From contig NW_021832752.1 of NCBI RefSeq assembly GCF_006345805.1, positions 1 to 32,906 of the forward strand: a DNA stretch of 32,906 nt, read 5' to 3'. Below, piece by piece: positions 23,630 through 32,906 of this stretch. Position numbers and translations under genes: made by a program. Below the pieces are notes generated by a model, which worked only from the letters and a program-made list of their open reading frames with translations, was not told the DNA's origin and did no database searches. Source of the DNA: Octopus sinensis. Taxonomy: Eukaryota. Each line of letters opens with the position of its first letter. Position 1 is the first letter of the stretch.

Positions 23630-23780
23630 ATCAAAAATCAGCCTTGCTTGGGTCTGCAAGAGCCCTCTGCAGGGTTCTGAAGCATGGGCAGTAAATAAGT
23701 GTTACCTTAGTCTGCTTGCACTGCAAGCTGACACGTTCCATCGTACCCAGCAAAATAAAGCTGAAACATTTTGATGGTAA
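23630..23780 (+). pseudogene. R4/Dong LINE extreme C-terminus and 3' UTR (third fragment)
   Basis: QKSALLGSARALCRVLK resembles the conserved LQK.ALLG(S/T)ARILRKVL end. Confidence 0.6.
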
Positions 23781-24429
23781 TCTATAAAAGTCAAGATGAT
23801 CTCCGTCTGTCTGTCCGTCACAACACATTTGTAGAGGGAGGGGAAAATGGGAGGAATAAAAGTTTTGTTGTTGAGGGAGAAATAAACTGAGAGTGAAAGT
23901 GTGTGAAAGATAGATAGCAGTGTTGTCACCATAGAAACTAACGAGTTTTGGTTTAAAAAGCAGCAATTTTAAATGCAAGTCTGTCAACATAACGCAACAC
24001 ACATTTCAAAGAAAGTTTGAAAATTGTTGGCTGTATCTACCTGATCCAGTGTTCATACACGGACAATCTTACATTGCTAACAGTAGACCATATACGAAGC
24101 TAAACAGAATTCGGCAGCAAAGCGAAGAAGAGATAAGATAGTGGAAAATGAAAAGTTGACTAAGAACGTTGTTTTTCGTGCTGTTATCTTATGAGATATT
24201 CCTCAATGAACATACTTATTCTGTAGAATATGAAAAAAGGAATATTTTAAATAAATGTTATTATTCAACAGTATTCAAAATGTTCGTAATCTTCACCGAG
24301 AAAGTTACTCTAAACAATTTATGATGGTATTTGCATGATCGATATATAGGCAGTGTAGCTACGGATTATGACGTAGTAAAAAATAATTAGTGATTGATGC
24401 AGGAGTCTAGCAATTTTCATGAGTGAGTG

Positions 24430-24815
24430 ACTGATCAGTACCATCAATCCCAGTAATTGACTTGGGACTCCGTAAGGGTGAAAGGCGAAGTTATTGTGGA
24501 AGGTATTTGGACTCAGGAAGTCAGAAAATGCATCAACGCATTTCAATCGTTCGATGCTCTACTGATTCTGTAATAGGCAATATTGATAATGGCGATGATA
24601 ATCATACTTCTTTCTAGTTTTGGCACAAGGCCAGCAGTTTTAAGGGGTAGGAATTCAGCGATTCCCCTCACCAGTGTTCAACTGGTACATATATTATCGA
24701 CGTCGAAAGGATGAAAAAGAATGTCAACTTGGACGGGATTTGAACCTGAACGTAAAGACGGAAGAACCGCGCTGGTAAGCTTTTTGTCCGGCGTGCTAAT
24801 AATTCAGCCAGTTCG
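24430..24815 (-). mobile_element. Two degenerate SINE family B copies
   Basis: CGAAAGGATGAAAAAGAATGTCAAC and CCGGCGTGCTAA, reverse complements of family B motifs. Confidence 0.65.
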
Positions 24816-25311
24816 TCACCTTAAAACAACATCAGCAACAACAACAACTGTAAAATGAAGAAGAAGAGGACAAAATGAACGAGAAAAAAATGGCGGAAAT
24901 AGTGGAGGAGAATGAAGGTTAGCACAACAAAAGAAAAGTATCTGGAAGGGCGCCAAACTTTTACCATTCTTAGATATATTGTAAGTTATCGCTGAGTTAT
25001 ATACACTGTCTGTCGTACTTGTTGGTGGTGTTGTTGTCATTGTTGTTGTTGTTGTTGTTGTGCATAGGATGTGGGTGGTGGTGGGCTGTGATGCAAAGAT
25101 GAATAGAAGAAATTATCTTGTAACGTTCAGAAAAATTGTGCCAAACACCATCAACTTCAGTACGTGTACTACAGACGCATAGACATTCATACATACACGC
25201 ACACACACACACACACACCCGCGCGCACGCACACACACACACACACACACAACACACACACACACACACGCACACACACATGTATATATATACGTATATA
25301 CATACACACAC

Positions 25312-25344
<33 letters not shown>

Positions 25345-25929
25345 ATATATATATCTATATATATATATAGGAATATATACATATATATATGCGTATGATT
25401 ATGTAGATATAGATATAGATATATGCAGATGTATATGCACACGCATCCACGCCTCTTTATTTATCTATCTGTTCATCTTTTGTTCTATGCCTATACACAC
25501 ACACGCACACACACAGACACAGAAACACACACACACACGAACATACACACGCGTGTATGTATTTAGTCGTTAAAGAATCCACCAATCAGAAAAAATAGAC
25601 ACGTATATTCGAGAATAAAGTGTGTATATTAACCCAAGTATTGTAGATCTGTTTCAGCAGATTTTGCCAATCTGCTTCGCGATAGATATAAGGTTATCGA
25701 TGATTTAATAATCCCAACGTTTTGCAGTGGTAAAGGTATAGAAAGCATTGGGTCTGTCTTCTGTTACTGGACGTGAGGATGCGTCATATCCAGTTTATAG
25801 TTGCTGTGAGAATTGGAAAATACAAAGATATATAAACATGGATATACTTTTGCATGTATATATATATCCAGCATGGCCGCAACCTTTAGTATGAAACGCA
25901 TAAAAGATTAAAAGAATACACACACAGAT

Positions 25930-26064
25930 CTGCTTCCTAACTACATGGTTCTCGGCTCACTTCTATTGCGTGACAGCTAGGGCAAGTGTCTTCTACTATA
26001 GCCTCAGGTCGACCAACGACTTCTCAGTGGATTTGGTAGACGGAAACTAGAAAAAACCCGTCGT
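25930..26064 (+). mobile_element. SINE family A, 5' half
   Basis: GGGCAAGTGTCTTCTACTATAGCC...GGATTTGGTAGACGGAAACT...CCCGTCG. Confidence 0.8.
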
Positions 26065-26174
26065 TTATATATATATATATATATATATACATTACATATA
26101 TATATATATATATATATATCTATATATATATAATTATATAATATATATATATATATATACACATATATATATAT

Positions 26175-26230
<56 letters not shown>

Positions 26231-26232
26231 AT

Positions 26233-26412
26233 ACCGGAGTAAACACATAAATGTGAAACAAGGTGGAAAAAAGAGTACTCAAATACCAGTGGTAGAGTAA
26301 TATGCTTTATTAAAGCAGCAGAAAATTCAACAAAACCTGTTACTCTGAGTTTCCCGTTGTCGTTTATCTCAGAGTAACAGGTTTTGTTGAATTTTCTGCT
26401 GCTTTAAATAAA

Positions 26413-26413
<1 letters not shown>
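26233..26413. mobile_element. PLE-type insert in (TA)n with a perfect 40-bp inverted repeat
   Basis: Arms 26310-26349 and 26368-26407; minus strand GAAAC TCAGA GTA ACAGG is a hammerhead 3' half. Confidence 0.7.
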
Positions 26414-26458
<45 letters not shown>

Positions 26459-26478
26459 TTTATATATATATATAGGAG

Positions 26479-26557
26479 GAGCACTCCGTCGGTTTCGACT
26501 ACGAGGGGTCCCAGCTGATACGATCAACGGAACAACTTGCTCGTGAAATTAACGTGA
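26479..26557 (-). mobile_element. SINE family C, 3' tail fragment
   Basis: AGCACTCCGTCGGTT...ATCAACGGAACA..TGCTCGTGAAATTAACGTG matches 27845-27921. Confidence 0.8.
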
Positions 26558-27840
26558 CTGTATGTATATATAATGATGCTTTGTTTTACTGGGAAGCAAT
26601 ACTACTGTATTGCACTATGTAATCATTTATATATATATGCATATTTACATACCCATATATACATGCATACATGCATGCTCTCATACGCACACACATAGGT
26701 ATATGTGAGTCTGTGTTAACGTGTAACCGCTGCAGACTTGGGCAGAGACGAACAGTTCGGAGCGACGCCCTACCTTGAAGCTGTGTGGATATATAATCAT
26801 TATATAATATTTATCTTAATTTTATTATTTTTTGCAAAATACATATCCATGTTAATAATTAATTACCTCTTCTCGTAATATTGCCATAATGGCTACGCCC
26901 AAGTTTATGTACACCTACGACAAATATATAAATCTATTTATTCGGTGCATATCTTACGCAGTAATATAATGCCAAAATTTACGTGTACGTTTGTCCTCTC
27001 CAAGGAATTATATGAAAAATCTCTTGGTAACATTAAAAACTTGATAAACATTGCGTATCAGAGATGTAACATTCTTTCTACCAATTAACGATAAACATAT
27101 TTACCTGGAAGTCAAGCTGGTATTTTCATAGGTACACTACATGAACCATAAGATAAATATATTCACCTGTGAGACGGTAAGGCAGACTCACAAACATAGC
27201 CTTTTGGGAACGGTTTAACCTGCCACCTGTCGAAACTTACCGAAACGAAGATCAAAAGAAGAAAATTTGGCCGATTAGGACAGACCATACGGAAATCTGA
27301 TTCCAATATTGCAAACAAGCTCTGCGACGGACACCGCAATGGAGAGGGAAAGGCCCTACAAGAACTCGAAAAGCCACACTAAAGTACTGGCAGGCGGCTA
27401 CAATTAGGGACAAGTGCAATCCATAGGTAAAGATCAAGAGCAAAAGAAATATCTTCTTTGCGACCTAAGGACCACATAGAATCAAAGGAATTAAAAGACT
27501 AATCTGGTATTTTTATAGATACAAAACCAAAATATTTCGTTTATGGATTTGGTTTGCAAGATTCTTTATGTGAGTTCGTGTGTTGAAACGTATTCTGTTG
27601 TGTCTGGGGACAGTAATTTTCTTTTTGTTCCTTATAATTTAACACATTCATCGGTAAAATTTCCACTTATTTCTTATTTTTACTTCCCTAAAATTTTCGT
27701 TGCGTCTTCCATACACGCATATTTACATATGTACATAATACGCAAGCATACATACATAAATACATAACATACATACATACATACATACATACATACATAC
27801 ATACATACATACATACATACATACATACATACATGATGGA

Positions 27841-28225
27841 TGGAAGCACTCCGTCGGTTACGACGACGAGGGTTCCGGTTGATCCGAATCAACGGAACAG
27901 CCTGCTCGTGAAATTAACGTGTAAGTGGCTGAGCACTCCACAGACACGTGTACCCTTAACGTGGTTCTCGGGGATATTCAGCGTGACACAGAGAGTGACA
28001 AGGCCGGCCCCTTGAAATGCAGGTACAACAGAAACAGAAAGTAAGAGTGAGAGAAAGTTGTGGTGAAAGAGTACAGCAGGGATCACCACCATCCCCTGCC
28101 GGAGCCTCGTGGAGCTTTTTAGGTGTTTTCGCTCAATAAACACTCACAACTCCCGGTCTGGGAATCAAAACCGCGATCCTATGACTGCGAGTCCGCTGCC
28201 CTAACCACTGGGCCATTGCGCATCC
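27841..28225 (-). mobile_element. SINE family C, full length, inserted in (TACA)n
   Basis: tRNA-like head at 28150-28222; (TACA)n on both sides. Confidence 0.88.
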
Positions 28226-28685
28226 ACACATACATACATACATACATACATACATACATACATACAGGAACGGGTCATTAACAAAATAAGCACGTCCTCA
28301 GGGCGGAAAGAAAAACATGAAACTTCAAAGGTTCCTCAAGCGCAAGAATTACAAAATGACAATTCACTGGCTTCAAAAAATATAATAAAAATTATTATAA
28401 ATTGGTATTTATTTTATTTTACATTGCAAATTTTTTTTGTTCTGATAATGAATAAGACATTTATTTTATATTGCTTAGGTTTAATGAGTGTTAAATAATT
28501 AAAATTAAATAGCAGATTATGTTTAATATAGTTGTGAGTTAGGCCTGAGAATATGTGTGTGTGTGTATATAGACACTGGTATATATGTACACACACACAT
28601 ATATATACACACACATATATATATGGTATATTATTAATATATATATATTATATATATATATATATTATATATATATATATATATA

Positions 28686-29199
28686 CTAGCAGTATCGCCC
28701 GGCGTTGCTCGAGTTTGTAAGGGAAATAACTATATAAGCATTTTTAGAGAGTTACTCCTTTATAGATGCCAATTCGGGCTTTCTTAGCCATTTCTGTTTG
28801 GTGTCTTGAAGCCATGAAGTCGTTGTCTAAAAGAAAGCTGGTCTCCTTGACAACGCATTACAACGCTTGATTTCCTTACACTCCCTTCCCCACAGCTTCA
28901 CGAGGGAGGGAAGAAGGGGGAGAAGCAAACAGGTGCAGGTGTGAGCGTGGACGCCAACTCCGCCGCCATCGCACACGAACGAAAATTATGCATTAAAATG
29001 GAATAAAAAATGATGTAAATTATTTTAAAATCGTAGACTCATCGTAGACCGCGCGCTATACGACAGACGGGCTCGATATGAATCACGACTATAAGATACC
29101 CGAATTTGGTTTAAACTGCACCGCAAAATGTGGGAGGAGTTAGGAATCTAAATCGTAGGAGACAGACACTCACACAAACTACAGTTTTATATATATAGA
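28686..29199 (-). mobile_element. Non-autonomous Helitron, copy 2
   Basis: A|TC...CTAG|T termini as in copy 1, with a different ~220-bp internal segment. Confidence 0.85.
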
Positions 29200-29246
29200 T
29201 ATATATATATATATTAATATGTCTATTATATATGTATATATATATG

Positions 29247-29295
<49 letters not shown>

Positions 29296-29309
29296 TGATC
29301 GCTAAATCA

Positions 29310-29470
29310 ACAATCTCTCTCTGTTCATTTCCTCATATACCTTCTTTCTGCTGATGAGCATAGGGGCTCGAAACGTAGAAGACTTTCCCACTTGCCCGAG
29401 CATCAAACTATTACACCTGCTTACTGTTCATACACCTGTCTTCGTCTCTTATTTTTCTGTAAATTTCAAC
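29310..29470 (+). mobile_element. PLE-type pseudo-LTR remnant with a variant hammerhead motif (29343-29382)
   Basis: TCTTT CTGCTGA T GAGC-ATAGGG-GCTC GAAAC GTA GAAGA; lies between TA tracts. Confidence 0.65.
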
Positions 29471-29476
29471 TATATG

Positions 29477-29522
<46 letters not shown>

Positions 29523-29805
29523 TGTGTGTGTGTTTATATATATATATAATTACTATTATTATTATAATTATTATTATCATTATTATTATTTTTAATAATA
29601 ATAATAAATTTCAGGGTAGCAAAAATTATTTAGAAATTTTTTGCCACCAGTGGTCTAGCGTGAAGAAAACAAATAGTCAATAGACTATATATTATTCATA
29701 TAAAAATACAGTATACATTTAAACACATAAGAGATGGCCATAACAGGACATTTAATCCGCTAGAAGAAATAGTTAAAATCCAAACCATATGAAAAATATA
29801 TAGTC

Positions 29806-30142
29806 TACTTAACCAGTTGACCATGTCCCTTATTGGCTGACGATATGTGCATCTCTGACCACGAGCAGAAGGAGGTTTGGATAATTCACCTTTAGAAACA
29901 TGGGTGGTTCTTTCAGCATCCTTAAACAATCCTTATTCAGGGACCTTTTAAGCGGGATGAGTTACTCAACCAAAAGAAAAGGTCATGCGCTGTTTATCTT
30001 GAGATGAGATCATCATGTCGCGCACATATGGTTGTGATGCATGTGCCTGGTGTACACTGATCAGAAGGTGTCATGATGCGTTACTGGGGCTTCGTATATT
30101 TTACTCCAGTGTCACTTTGATGGTATGCACTGCTCTCTCACT
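29806..30142. mobile_element. (AAT)n-associated element, copy with internal deletions
   Basis: Matches 22975-23362; followed by AAC/AAT repeats. Confidence 0.8.
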
Positions 30143-30454
30143 CAATAACAAACAACACAACAACACCAACAACAACATAAACATAATAATAATAATAGTA
30201 ATAGTAATAATAATATAATAAATAAATAATAATAATAATAATATAATAATACTATAATAATAATAATAATAATATATATATTATATATTGAATTAATATA
30301 TACATATAGTTGTATAATATATACTTGGAATTAGGTGAGAAAGACCGAAGTACTCTATACTTCATACTGAGATTGAAAGAGCCCTTCGTAATATTTGTGC
30401 AGTAACGGTCAATGCTGTTTCCTTCAAAGATGATTCAGCTGGGACATTGTTAAG

Positions 30455-30580
30455 ACCTTTTTCATATCCGTCTTCCTTTATCACACTTATGGCCAGTATT
30501 CTTTTAATTTTAAAACATGGCATCTTTTCAAGATTTATCTCCTACTCTCTGTGTTTTCTGAACCTCTCTCCCTGTGTCTA
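30455..30580 (-). pseudogene. Ty3/Gypsy RT C-terminal remnant
   Basis: ERFRKHR..INLEK followed by a decayed YLGH-like segment; shares 19 nt with 32166-32184. Confidence 0.45.
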
Positions 30581-31177
30581 ATGATAGCCATTGTGATGCA
30601 TACGAGTTTAATAACATCGAACGAAAGATGAAAACTGAGGAGAAATCTAGAATTGATTCCGAGTGAAATTACCATGGCGAAGTGGAATGGAAAGGGAAAA
30701 GTTATTCAAGACAATCAGAAAAGATAATATCATGGGATATCAATAAGCATTTCTGATATCAATGATGTATTATATTGGGGAATTTTACTAGTCTCAGAAT
30801 TGTTAAGTGCTGGATCAACAGACATTCGGACGAAGATATGATAGACAAGGAAGTTGTAAGCATATGTATGAGATCTCGTATGATATGAATCCAAAACTGT
30901 TATTAAAAGAAAACAATACTTAAAATGTATTAGATAGATAAATCATAACATGAAAAGCGTACAGCGGGAAACAGAAAGAAAAAAAAACATAACAAAATAC
31001 CACGGCCAAAAAATGAAATACATTCATACATACATACATATATAGACAGATACATGCATACATACAAACACAACCCACTCACGTATATGTATATGCACAC
31101 ACACATATCTATACAATACATATATATATGTATATATATATATGTACGTTTATATGTATTTATATATATATATATAT

Positions 31178-31217
<40 letters not shown>

Positions 31218-31359
31218 TATATATACATACATACATACAATACTTACATACATACATACATATATAGATACACTCCTATATATACATTCATCGATATTTT
31301 TTGTTTAAATTATAGGTTCATCTACAGTACACAAACTCACATACATATATGTATGTGCG

Positions 31360-31395
<36 letters not shown>

Positions 31396-31589
31396 TGTAT
31401 GTATGTATGTATGTATGTACGTACGTACGTACGTATGTATGTATGTATGTATGTATGTATGTATGTACGTATGTATGTATGTAGGTATGTATGTATGCTC
31501 GGATAAGGCAGTGCTATAAAGAGAAAACAGTGTTAATGAACAATGAAAGGAAATGCTGTATGTAGTAAGTGAACTCCGCTGAAGAACAA

Positions 31590-31900
31590 TGAGAAAATGG
31601 TACGCCAGATGTGGGAATATCAAAACAATGGTAAAGCATATGGTTTTATAGATTGGAACATGAAAGAGATTGAGATTGGATACACAAGTTTGGGATCGAA
31701 TTTCTAAACTAAGCAAAATAAAATCACATATGTTTTATAAAAGTACAATAAATACGATATACAATGAAAATACAGCGTTGGAAATGTCTGGGCGAGGACC
31801 CCAATGTTTCAGGTTAAAGTCTTTCTGCATCGTTGTGAACTTGACGATATACGTTTCCCAGTAAACAAAGGAAGGTATGTCATGGCATTTAATTACTGAG
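31590..31900 (+). pseudogene. Possible Ty3/Gypsy integrase zinc-finger region remnant
   Basis: Heavily decayed GISKT...W.MKEIE.W pattern read across indels. Confidence 0.25.
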
Positions 31901-32089
31901 AAATGAATGAAAATTTCAAGGCTTCCAACATTAGTGAGGAATAGAGTGAGGTGTTCTCACATAGGAGCTCTGGCCTAAATACTCGTATCTGAGTGAAAAC
32001 CGTAAAAATGTTTAATGGAGCCAGGCTGTGGTAAGCTAGGCAATAGTTTAGGTGTACTTTTCATCTAATAGACCATGGCAACATTTTAA

Positions 32090-32400
32090 CTCAAAACGTA
32101 GAGATTCGTAACCAAATATTGCAAGATATAGCATCCAAAATTTCAAACATTCCTTTACCCTCATTCTCTGTGTTTTCTGAACCTTTCTAGAATGGTAACT
32201 TCAAATTTTTACATATAAAAGTAAAATCAACCACCGCGGAAATATGACAAAAAACCCCCAAAAACCCTCTATAAAAACTGCCAAGGCTTTCATCCGATGC
32301 GCCACTGCTCCTGTTAATTCACAAACCACTTTAATACCACAATCCAAACTGGCCTTAGGGTAATCTTAACGAGTCCACTCAGATGGAACATCGAGATAGA
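32090..32400 (-). pseudogene. Ty3/Gypsy RT remnant
   Basis: ILERFRKHR...LQYL.Y read across indels, resembling the region after YxDD. Confidence 0.45.
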
Positions 32401-32906
32401 GCCCCGATGTGAGGTTACTTTCCTGCTCCCTCTCATTAATCTCGGAAGCTCTGAAAACCTTCATAGTACAGTGCTGCTCACCTCACAAAGTGATCACAAA
32501 ATACCATCCTTTAAATACGAAACCTCACATTTTGTCAAGTACTGAAAAGATTTTAAACTTTAAACGTGGAATCTGAGTCTAAAAATACTCATGTAGCTGA
32601 AGTCACATGGGTTTGTTTAATTTCTAATTAGCCTCATTACGCAGCTCTATGATAAAAACTTCGCAGTAGAGGCCCCTCGCTCTGGTTTTGACAAACATTA
32701 TATTTACATCTATGTTAGGGCATTTAATAGAGTGTTTTGCGGCATTCGTTCCAGCTGTCTTCGTCGAGGTTACCTTTGCCTTTCATCTTTTGGTAAATAA
32801 AATACCGGGTTTGATTCTCCACTTTCTCCAACTCCTTCTGTTTGGCACATTTTTCTTCTTGTGGAGGAATGCGTTTGTGGTCAGACTTGGAAAGGGATGC
32901 GCATCA

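Noticed and set aside
27103-27167. Minus-strand segment bounded by CAG and GTAAAT as a coding exon
   Set aside because: Stop codons in all three frames.
28150-28222. tRNA gene
   Set aside because: A and B boxes belong to a SINE head continuous with the SINE body; same at 10740-10812 and 1261-1330.

Overview
Eukaryotic, AT-rich, non-coding DNA saturated with microsatellites. The repeat families resemble those of a coleoid cephalopod, most likely Octopus (inferred from recognised SINE families, not from a search). No intact protein-coding gene is supported; almost all listed ORFs are translations of simple repeats. The window is a mosaic of decayed mobile elements: three tRNA-derived SINE families, two Helitron helicase remnants plus two non-autonomous Helitrons, several R4/Dong-type LINE fragments near (AAT)n, an RTE-type 5' UTR, a Tc1/mariner transposase remnant and Ty3/Gypsy remnants. 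The most notable signals are: (i) short, often palindromic inserts in TA/TG microsatellites that carry minimal type I hammerhead-ribozyme (HHR) motifs of the Penelope-like-element (PLE) kind, one with an intact core and two with variant cores but covarying stems; (ii) a degenerate ~79-bp-period array of conserved blocks with variable linkers directly upstream of a decayed LINE endonuclease; (iii) a GPCR-TM1-like island inside a triplet-repeat desert.
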